Both the position numbers and the translations under genes were made by a program. Source: Torpedo marmorata (lineage: Eukaryota). From it: DNA of 64,000 nt. Position 1 is the stretch's first letter. The number at the start of each line of letters is the position of its first letter. Positions 54,164 to 64,000 of the stretch are shown in pieces. Where the stretch lies: positions 188,666,001 to 188,730,000 of the forward strand of contig OZ360222.1 of assembly GCA_977017645.1 (NCBI GenBank). The letters run 5' to 3'. The notes below the pieces were generated by a model. That model saw nothing but the letters and a program-made list of their open reading frames with translations. It was not told where the DNA came from and did not search any database.

Positions 54164-55923
54164 AACTAGTTTCATCTTACCTTGACTCCATCTTTTCTCC
54201 CCTGGTCCAATCCCTCCCCACCTACATCCGCGACACCTCACATGCCCTCCATCTCCTCGATGACTTCAGATTCCCTGAACCGGACCGCATCATCTTCACC
54301 ATGGATGTCCAATCCCTTTATACCTCTATCCCCCACACAGAAGGTCTGAAAGCACTTCGCTTCTTCCTGGACCAAAGACCCGACCAGTCACCCTCTACCA
54401 CCACTCTCCTCCGCCTGGCAGAACTTGTCCTTACTCTCAATAACTTCTCCTTCAACTCATCCCACTTCCTCCAAATCAAAGGAGTAGCCATGGGTACCCG
54501 CATGGGTCCCAGCTACGCCTGCCTGTTTGTGGGCTTTGTGGAGCAATCCATGCTGCAAGCCTACACAGGCAAGACCCCTCATCTCTTCCTCCGGTATATC
54601 GACGACTACATCGGGGCTGCCTCATGCACCCACGATGAGCTTGTCAACTTCATCCACTTCGCATCCAACTTTCACCACGATCTCAAACTCACCTGGTCCA
54701 TCTCCGATAACACTCTCCCCTTCCTGGATCTCTCTGTCTCCATCTCGGGAGACAAGCTTTCCACCGACATTTACTACAAACCCTCCAACTCCCACAACTA
54801 TCTGGACTACACATCCTCACACCCTGTCCCCTGCAAGGACTCCATCCCCTTCTCTCAATTTCTCCGCCTCCGCCGCATCTGTTCCCAAGATGAGGTGTTC
54901 CACTCCAGATCTTCTGAAATGTCTGCCTTTTTCCACAAACGTGGCTTCCCCTCCACCACCATCAACTCAGCCCTCACCCGCATCTCCTCCATTTCCCGCT
55001 CATCTGCCCTGGCCCCCTCTGCCCCCAGACGCAACAAACATAGAATACCCCTCATCCTCACCTACCACCCCACCAGCCTCCGCATCCAACACATTATCCG
55101 CCGGAATTTCCGGCACTTGCTGCAGGATCCCACCACCAGACACATTTTTCCTTCTCCTCCCCTCTCGGCCTTCCGTAGGGACCGCTCCCTCCGTGATTCA
55201 CTCGTGCACTCGTCCCTCCCCACCCATCGCACCCCCGGAACCTTCCCCTGTGCCCGCAGGAGGTGCAACACCTGCGCCCACACCTCCCCCCTCACCACGG
55301 TCCAGGGCCCCAAACAGGCCTTTCAAGTGAAACTACACTTCACTTGTACATCCAGAGGACTTATCTACTGCATCCGGTGCTCCCTTTGTGGCTTTCTATA
55401 CATTGGAGAGACCGGTCGTAGATTGGGAGACCGCTTTGCTGAGCACCTCCTCTCTGTCCGCAACAACAGCGACCTCCCAGTAGCCAACCATTTCAATTCT
55501 GGGTCACACTCCCACACTCACATGTCTGTCCATGGCCTCATGTACTATCCCACCCAGACTACCCGCAAATTGGAGGAACAACATCTCATTTTCCGTCTCG
55601 GCACTCTCCAGCCAGATGGCATTAACATTGACTTTTCTGCTTTCCACTAAACCTGCTTGTCTTTCCCCCCCCTCCCCCCTCACCTGTCCTTCCTGTTTTT
55701 TTCCACCCACCCAGCCATCCCTCCTCCCCCTCTTTGCTGCTGTCCCCTCCCTCCTTTCTCCACCTATCATCTCCTGCCTTTCCCACCCCCCTTCCCCCCT
55801 CACTCCTTTGTTCCGACGTCTGCCGGCATTTTCTCATACTTTGAAGAAGGGCTCAAGCCTGAAACGTCGGTTATGTATTTCTACCTTTGCTACATAAAAG
55901 ACACTGTTTGACCTGCTGAGTTT
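54164..55923 (+). mobile_element. 5'-truncated Penelope-like element, right arm (Cys-rich linker suggests the Neptune group)
   Basis: Open frame from ~54165 (LVSSYLDSIFSPLVQSLPTYIRDT...MDVQSLYT) to the stop at 55650; hammerhead-like TTGAAGA-AGGGCTCAAGCCT-GAAACGTC at 55841-55868. Confidence 0.95.
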
Positions 55924-55936
55924 TTACTGCTGGTTG

Positions 55937-56420
55937 GCGATTCCACCGGATTTTTCAGCGCCGCGCAGCCGCGTTTTGTCCGCTTTCGGCTTCCATAACC
56001 GGAAGACTGTCCGTGGGTCTTCGTCTTCCCGATGACTGAAGTGTGGGACTTTAGTTCCGCGTTAACGGCGGCCCGGTCGCTGCGCTCAGGGTCACCCCAG
56101 GCCGTGGATCATGGCGTTCCGCAAAGTCTTTCAGGTCGCCTGCGGTATCGCGGGCACAGCGGCCGTGGTGGTGGCTGCTGCCGCCACTCAGCGGCGCGGC
56201 GATGGCAGGGTGAAAGCGGCGGCGGCGGTGAGCTGGAGTCCCGGGACTGGAGGCTGGGACTCCAACTGGGACAAGTGAGTGGAGGCCGCGGTCCGGGGCC
56301 GCGCCTGGGGTCCGGGGTCCGGGGCCGCGCCTGGAGCCCGCGGTCCGGGTCGCGCCTGGAGCCCGCGGTCCGGGGCCGCGCCTGGAGCCCGGGGCCGCGC
56401 CTGGAGCCCGGGGCTGACCA
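55937..56420 (+). promoter_or_regulatory. PGAM5 CpG-island promoter, 5' UTR and exon 1 region
   Basis: Dense CpG; ETS-like CCGGAAG at ~55999-56005; GC-rich degenerate tandem units (ggggccgcgcctggagccc) at 56285-56415. Confidence 0.75.
56111..56274 (+). CDS. PGAM5: PGAM5 exon 1 (mitochondrial Ser/Thr/His phosphatase)
   Basis: MAFRKVFQVACGIAGTAAVVVAAAA...GGWDSNWDK (transmembrane segment plus WDxNWD motif); donor GTGAGT. Confidence 0.93.
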
Positions 56421-57659
56421 TTGACACTAATGGTGCATGAAGCAACGTTGCCACCCACTCCCCCGGGGGTTGCACACTAAAACCAGGGACAATGTCGTGG
56501 CCAGTTCACCGTCTCGTGTGTTTGAGGTGTGGAGGGAACCCAGAGCAGCTGAAGAAAGCCTCCACGTCCACGGGGAGAGCAGGCAGCCCCCGGGTGAGGA
56601 TGGTACCGGGTCTATGGCTCTGTCAGTGACTCCACCAGTTTTTTTGCCACCCAGTTATAAAAATAACAAGGGACGTGGATAAGGAAACGATCCCCGTTTA
56701 GAGATATCTGCAGCTATAGGCATAGTTTTAAAGTAAGGGGCAAGAGATGGAGGGGGATGTGAGGAACAAATTTCCGTTGGTTAAAGTCCAGAAGCGCTGC
56801 CTTTGTGGGTGACGGAGGCTTGCCACTCTCATCGGATGAGCAGGTGCAGAGGAGGCTGCAGGCTGTGCTGGAATTGATGTATCCTAGATGGCTAGTATGC
56901 ACATGGTGGGGCTGAATGATTCTGTGACCATACTGCACTCTTGAACCGAGTGCACCGTTGTCTTAGCCTTTGGGAAAAGTATCCCATGGTGTGACTTGAA
57001 GAAGATCCTGGTGGTGCAGGGCTGTAACCCCAGTATCAATGTTCATTATTCTGAATACATCAGAAAAGCAGTTTGTTAATTTGCTGTTTGTGCAAGTTAT
57101 CTGTGAGCACATTGGCTACCCATCTTCATAAATTCTAGCAGTCAAGAATTCAGCATTGGGTGCCAAGTGCTTAGGGTAGCCAAGTTTTTTGTGGTTCATC
57201 CAGGTTTGGTGAGTTTTATTTACTTGAAGTTACTTTTAAAAAATCAGGGTTATTTCCTTTACAGTAAAACTCCAATAATCCACCTCTGATTATAATGGAA
57301 GTCCCAACATCTGACTCAATAAGTGGCATCCGCAATGTCTCAGTGCCACAGCGTTCAATCGTAAATGCCACAGCGTGCTGTCTATGTGGAGTTTGTCGGC
57401 TTCTCTGTGACTGTGTGAGTTTCTCCCACGTCCTAAAGGCATGCAGGTTGGTGGGTTAATTGGCCACTACAATTCCTATAGTGTATAGGTGAGTGATGGA
57501 ATCTGGGGGATGTTGACGAGAATGTGGAGAGAATAAAAATAGGGATTAATGTAGGATGAGTGTAAATGGGTGGTTGATGGCAGTAACGTGATGGGCCGAA
57601 GGGCCACTTTCCGTGCTCTATCGCTCTATGATTCGTATATAATTGAAAATAAATAAGAG

Positions 57660-58815
57660 CAATGTTAGGCCATCCGGCCCATCGAGCCTGTTCTGCTATT
57701 CAATAAGATCATGGCTGATCTGGCCATGGACTCGGCTCCACCTATTCACCTGTTACCCATAACCCCTAATTCCCATCCTATGCAAAAATCTATCTCTCTG
57801 CGTCTTAAATCTATTCAGGGAGGCAGCCTTTACTGTTTCATTAAGCAGAGAATTCCACAGATTTACTACTCTCTGGGAGAAGTAGTTTTTTTTTAGACAT
57901 ACAGCACAGTAACAGGTCATTTCGGCCCACGTGTCCGTGCTGCCCAATTTACACCCCATTAACCTACACTCCCGGTATGTTTCGAACGGTGGGAGGAAAC
58001 TGGAATCCCCGGGGAAAACCCACGCAGACACGGGGAGAACGTACAAACTCCTTACAGACAGCGCGGGATTCAAACACCGGTCCCGATCGCTGGCGCTGTA
58101 AAGATGGAGTGCTAACCGCTACGCCAACCGTGCCACCCTTTTCATCTCTGTTTTAAATCTACTCTGCTGAATCTTGAGGCTCCGTCCCCTAGTTCTCGAC
58201 TCGCCTGCCGGTGAAAATAAATTCCTGCTTCTATCTTATCTATTCCTTTCACAAGGGGCAAATATTTTACACAGAGGGTGGTGGGTGCCTGGTGTAGTGG
58301 GGGAAGTAGATACATTTTAACAAAAAGCAGTAGCATTTTAAGAGGCTTCTCGATGGACACATGAATATGAAGGGGATGGAGGGATATCTGTCAGTGCAAG
58401 TAGATTTTTTAGCTTTGATTTGTACATGTTCAGCGGAGACATGTGGGCCGAAGGTCCTGTTCCTGTGCCTTAGTATTGTATGGTCCATAATTTTGTACGT
58501 TTCTATGAGATCATCCCTCATCCTATAAACAGCAGTGAGTATAGTCCCTGGCGACTCAGTCTCTCCTCATAAACTAACTCCCTCATTACCGGAACCAATC
58601 ATGAACCTCCTCTGCACCGCCTCCAAAGCCAGAATATCCTTTCTCAAGTAAGGAGACCAGAACTGCATGCAGTACTCCAGGTGTGGTCTTACCAGTACCC
58701 TGTACAGTTGCAGCAGAACCTCCCTACTCTTAAATTCAATCCCTCTGGCAATGAAGGACAACATCCTGCTTGCCTTCTTGATTACTTACTACATCTACAA
58801 ACAAACCTTTTGTGA
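57660..58815 (-). mobile_element. CR1 3' fragment interrupted by a V-SINE (57894-58138) and an opposite-strand CR1 tail
   Basis: ORF 58567..58764 FIARGIEFKSREVLLQLYRVLVRPHLEYC; FSQRVVNLWNSL; V-SINE motifs. Confidence 0.8.
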
Positions 58816-59202
58816 AGATCTCAATATTGCTGTCTAGTGAATTTTCCTGGTTTTAGCCAATTCAATATTGCAGAATTTGAAATGTGGGTGCTGGTAATTG
58901 CGGTTAGATCCCAAAAAATGTGTGAGACAAGAGACGGTATTTTGTTTGCGTGTCCATGCTAGTTTAAAAATGAGCATCTCTGCTTGATCCCATCTTCCAG
59001 CTCTTAGTTTCTTCATTCACTTCCCATACAAAAGGTTGTTCCAGTGTATAATGTGGACATAGTGCTGGGTATCGATTGCTGTTGGGTGTTAAACTAGTGC
59101 TCAGCTGGGTAACCAGCTCCCAAGGTGTAGATTTCAAAGGGATTAGTGCAGTGGGATGTGATTTCATTGCCAAGCCATTAATGTCTTTCTTTTGTTCTTC
59201 AG

Positions 59203-59378
59203 GCGTGAGCCAATTTCTCGTATTAAACCCAACCAGAAAAATAAAGAGGCCTCTGAGGACTTAACCACACAGCTTGAGAACTACAAGGTCAAAGCCACGA
59301 GACACATCTTCCTCATCAGGCATTCCCAGTATGACTTGACAGCCACGACAGACAAGGACAGGATCCTGACATCGCTGG
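59203..59378 (+). CDS. PGAM5: PGAM5 exon 2
   Basis: REPISR...KATRHIFLIRHSQY...DRILTSLG (catalytic RHS). Confidence 0.95.
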
Positions 59379-60123
59379 GTCTGTACTTCCTGCAAGTTGT
59401 CTGCTTTTAGCAACGTAAACCTTCTGAATTTAGTATTTTTCATCATTTCTCTATCTGCAGGTGCCTATGAACAGGAGGGAAGCCTTGAGCCCAACAGTGG
59501 GATCGTGGCTGAACTGTAACTTAATTCTGTACAACCCTCTTTCCCCAGAACTCTTTAAACCCTTGGCTGTGAAAATATCAATCTCGTATTTAAAATTAAC
59601 CACAGAGAAAGCATCCATTGTGGTACCTGGAAGAGAGCAGCTGAGTGTGGACGTTTCCTGACATTACTCCTGAGAGGCTGACACAAATTTCTGGGACTCC
59701 TGAAGCAGTGGAAATAGATTCCACCACCAGACTTGCCTAGCCCTCCCCTTTCACCATTCGAAGGGACCATTCCTTTTGTGAATCCCCACTTCCCTCTTCA
59801 CCAACCGATCCGTGTCTTATGGTGCATACCCATGCAAACTTGGGAGATTCAACATCCAGGGACCTTAGTGGTCCTTCCAGGTGAAGCAGTGATTCTCTTG
59901 TACCTCTGCCAATCCAGTGAGCAGCATTCTTTGCTCACAGTCTGGTGACCTCAGCATTGGGGAAACAAAACGCACATTTGGGTAACTGCTTTGCAGAGCA
60001 CCTGCATTCAGTATTAAGTACAGTATTTGAGAGAAGTTCCTTATGGATAATGGTGACTGGTTTAAAGCTTTGTAGCCTGTGGTCTGGGGTTCTTGTGTTT
60101 ATGGAATATTCATTTCTCTCCAG

Positions 60124-60249
60124 GTCGTGAACAAGCTGAACTGACAGGTCAACGACTGGCAAGTCTAGGGTTGAACTACGACGTCTTGATCCACTCCAGC
60201 ATGACCAGGGCAAGAGAGACGGCAGCTATTATTCGTAAATACTTGCCAG
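60124..60249 (+). CDS. PGAM5: PGAM5 exon 3
   Basis: [41 protein letters not shown]. Confidence 0.95.
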
Positions 60250-60625
60250 GTGGGTCCATTTCACCCTGTGCAGTGTTCTACTCACTCGCTCACTGAAGTA
60301 CTTTGCAGACAGGTATTCTCTCACAGATGTAGGTAGTTATTGTGCAGTGTTATTGTCACAGGAGCTGTATCTGCTCCAAATCTCAGCTATCTCTGTGACA
60401 AGCCACACTGACTTCACATAGACATGCTTTTCCATGTTTAGAGAGAACTAATCTTTGGGGTCGAGTGTGTGAGGGATTGTGGCTTGTACATGAGGTACAC
60501 AGAGCTCAGAAGGGGCAGGTTAGATATCTGGTCTGCTGTGATCTTCCGGCAGGGATTTCCTCACTCTGGGATAGGATCTGATGGCAATTATGGGAGTTGT
60601 TCATGAGCTCTCTCAATGAGTTTCG

Positions 60626-60719
60626 AAGTGAGGCTGCATTTGCTCCACTGGGCTGCTGATGCAGGAGCACAAGTGAGGCTGCATTTGCTCCACTGGGCTG
60701 CTGATGCAGGAGCACAAGT
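60626..60719. repeat. Perfect 45-bp tandem duplication
   Basis: aagtgaggctgcatttgctccactgggctgctgatgcaggagcac x2. Confidence 0.9.
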
Positions 60720-60849
60720 TTAAATTTAGCTCAAATAAATGTGAAATAAATGAGTTAGTGAAGTGGTCGGGTTATTGCAAGGATCAGTTTGATTGCCTGA
60801 TGTCCTCTGGGAAGGAAATCTGTCCTTCTCCAGGAAAGTGCAATACTGT

Positions 60850-60965
60850 ACATAGATGTGTTGGAGAAACTCAGCAGGTCACCCAGCATCCATAGGAAGT
60901 AAAGGGTAACCAACGTTTCGGTCCTGGGCCCTTCATCAGCGTTCTCCAGTCTGGCCTGTGTATTG
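60850..60965 (-). mobile_element. Penelope-tail element with an intact hammerhead-like core
   Basis: Minus strand CTGATGA-AGGGCCCAGGACC-GAAACGTT at ~60912-60939; related copy at ~61450-61640. Confidence 0.72.
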
Positions 60966-62869
60966 ACAGCATTATGGTTCACTCTTAACCTGCCTCGAGT
61001 CACCCAGCCAGCACAGGCAGTAAGTAAGTGGTCACCATAGCGACAAGTAAAAAATTATTTTCAATTTATCTTTTAAGTTGTGATGATGGGGGCTAAGGTG
61101 CCCATTCTGTCCCCCATTCTGGCCAGGGCAGTGATAATGCAGCCCTTACACTTCCAACGACCCGGGTCCAGTTCTATGCTGTCTGTGTGGAGTTTGCAGG
61201 TTTCCCTCGAGTACTCGTTTCCTCCCACATCTCAAAGACTTGCAGCTTAGCCACTGTAAATTCCTCCGGGTATAGGGTCTGCTGGGCGAATTGGGGGAGG
61301 GGGTATTAAGGACCACATGGGGGAGAATAGGTTGCAGGGAATTAAGTGGGGTAATGGAATAGTATTTTGCCCAAGTTCCTAGTGACTCTTTGTATACAAG
61401 TTGACAGGGTGCCAGTTAAACAGGAATGTCTGCAGAGGCTGGGGTCGAGTGCAGTACTCAAACGTGCTGGAGAATATCAGCGGGACACGCAGCATCCAGA
61501 GGAAGTAAAGGGTAACCAACGTTTCGGGCATGGGCCATTCATCGAGTATCTGGTAAACCTGGTAGCAGCCTGAATAAAAAGGTGGGGGAGGAACACAAGC
61601 TGACAGGCAAGAGGTAATTAGGTGGATACAGGGGGGAGAAAGAAGCGATGAAGTCTGGCCCTGCCTGGGAACGACGGACTGATGATTATGGGGGTGAGCT
61701 TGCTTGAGTATTCCGATAAAATTGTTTGTTCAAAATCCCATCCAACAGTGTGGAGGGGTTTTGGGTAAACTGTTGTGGAAACAAAAGCTGGCCTTAATTT
61801 GTGGAAAAAAAATTAAATTCTCCAACTTCAGGTTCATCTTAGATGACATGGAGACTCCCAGAGACATTCCTCAACTGTGGGGGGCATGTACAAGACCAGT
61901 CTCCACCCAGGTGAAACAGAGAATGCGTGGACATCCCTCCCCACTGCGGGGGGTGGGGGGGTGGTGCTGTGGGCTCTGCATGCCCGACCTGGTGGGCAGC
62001 TCAGCGTGGCTGGTCGATGAGCCATGCACATCTTGGCCACAGTCTGTTGGGGACTCGGTGTCCGGTTGCTTGATGCAGCCCGACGTCTCCCTGCAAAAGC
62101 AGGAACAAGAAGGATGCAGCGTTAATCGAGAGGAAAGTGTCGGGAGTTCCTGGGATGTACACAGGACCACTCCCGTAAAAGGGCAAATGAGGGTGGGTCC
62201 AGGAATGAGTCAATTAAAGGAGAGAAAGTCTGAGACAATGGTGATGCACTGGGATTTAAGTGGGCGATGGAGGGAAGTGTGACAACATTTGGTTAATCTG
62301 AGAAAAATTGGTCTTGAGGGACTTGGATAAAAGTTAGGATGATAAAATAGGTCACAATGTCACAGTCATCCAGCATGGAAACAAGCCCTTTGGCCCATCT
62401 TGCCCATGCTGATCAAGTTCCCTGCCTGAGCTTGTCCCATTTGCCTGAGTTTGAACCATATCCCTCTAAACCTTTCATATCCACATACCTGTCCAAATGT
62501 CTTATTAAAATGTAATTTCATATGCCTCTGGCAACTCATTTCACTTTGCTGCTGTGTGGAAATATTACTCCTCTCTCCCTCTCTCAACCTCCCCCTTCTT
62601 AGCACTTTGATTTTTTGGGACCTCTTTGTGAGGCCCGGTGACAGGTTTTGTTATAACTCTGTGAAGTGCCTTGAGGACTTTCACCATGTTGTCAGAATAC
62701 TGGGCTCCAGAAAGTGTTGTGGTGTGTGGATTGTGCCACTTGATTTGCCTTCATTGCACCTTTGTAAGGACCTACAAGAGTGTTCACCAGACAGGTGATT
62801 ACAGAAGGAGGAGCGGTTTGTAATAGCTACCGGCTGTTCATACTGAGCACTTGCGTGCTGTGATTCCAG

Positions 62870-62958
62870 GTCTGGAGATGACGAGCTGTGACCTGCTGAG
62901 GGAAGGTGCTCCGATTGAACCTGACCCACCCGTCAGCCATTGGAAACCAGAGGCAATG
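62870..62958 (+). CDS. PGAM5: PGAM5 exon 4; gene continues beyond the window
   Basis: [29 protein letters not shown]; AG/GTAAG. Confidence 0.95.
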
Positions 62959-63074
62959 GTAAGAGACGGCCTGAAGGTGACCAGTACAGGAACATCATGT
63001 CCGTACCAACCATGACCCCAAAGTAAACTAATCTGTCTGCCCCACGTAGTTGTGAGATAGGTGCATCGAGTCTG

Positions 63075-64000
63075 CTCTGCCATTCAAATCATGGCTGATG
63101 TTTTCTTCCTCTCAACCCCATTCTCCTCCCTTCTCCCGATAACCTTTGACACACTTACTAATCAAGAACCTATCAACCTCTGCTATAAATCTACCCAATG
63201 ACTTGGTCTCCACAGCCATTTGTGGCAACGAATTTCCAGATTCATGACCCTCTGGCTGAAGACATTTCTCCTCATCTCTGTTCTAACGGGACGTTCTTTT
63301 ACCCTGAGGCTGTGCCCTCTGGTCCTACACTCTCCCACCATTGAAAGCATCTTCTCCACGTCCAGTCTATCTAGCGCTTTCAATATTCCTTATGATTCAA
63401 TGAGATCCTCACTCACCCTTCTAATCTCCAGTGGGTACAGGACCAGAGACATCAAACGCTCCTCAAACGTTAACCCTCTCATCCTCGGGATTATTCTCGT
63501 AAATCTCTGGACTTTCTCCAACACCAATACATCCCTCCTTAGATATGGGGCCAATAACTGCTCACAATACTCAATGTGGTCTGACCAACGCCTTGCAAAG
63601 CCTCCGCATTACTTCCTTGCTTTTATATTCTGGTCCTCTCGAAATGAATGCTCACATTGCATTTGCCTTCCTTACTACCAATTGAACCTGCAGGTTAACC
63701 TTTAGGCAATCCTGCCCTATGTCCCTTTGGTTTGCCGCTTTCAGAATTCTCTCCCAATTTAGAAAATAGTCCATGCGTTTATTCCTTCTACCAAAGTGCA
63801 TGACCATACATTTCCCTCGTGGGAAGCTATATTCCATCTGCCACTTCTTTACTGAATTTCCAAACCTGTCCAAGTCCCTCTGCAGACTTCCTGCTTCCTC
63901 AACACTACCTACTCCTCCACCTATCTTCGTATCATTTGCAAATTTGGCCATAAAGCTATCAATTCCATCATCTAAATCTAAATAAAAAGTAGCGGACCCA
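63075..64000 (-). mobile_element. CR1 LINE 3' portion
   Basis: AKFANDTKIGG...LQRDLDR; RTRGHSLRV...FSQRVMNL. Confidence 0.88.

Noticed and set aside
52871-54241. 456-aa ORF as a full-length protein with its own N-terminus
   Set aside because: Its first ~30 residues are the antisense of the right arm and junction filler; the RT is 5'-truncated.
53191-55330. 267-aa Pro/Ser/Thr-rich ORFs overlapping the Penelope RT
   Set aside because: Off-frame readings of C-rich coding sequence with no recognisable domain; they appear twice only because of the palindrome.

Overview
Vertebrate genomic DNA, most likely a cartilaginous fish; this is inferred from the V-SINE, CR1 and Penelope repeat landscape. 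Two + strand genes are present: nine coding exons of the palmitoyltransferase ZDHHC8 (10780-26770, 5' exons outside the window, one U12-type intron) and the first four exons of PGAM5 (56111-62958). The upstream ZDHHC8 intron holds a nested insertion: a decayed class III (ERV-S/L-like, tRNA-Ser PBS) retrovirus inside a CR1, itself carrying an L1, a V-SINE, a Penelope tail and a 7x58-bp array. The intergenic region has a biphasic 37/46-bp G-rich minisatellite, two opposed solo LTRs, a 5S-headed SINE and a Chapaev3-like remnant. The most striking feature is a TSD-flanked ~3.5-kb tail-out palindrome of two Penelope-like retroelements directly at the PGAM5 promoter. Its inverted, hammerhead-like architecture recurs in several miniature elements across the window. 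All coordinates were read by eye and family names come from motif recognition, not database searches.
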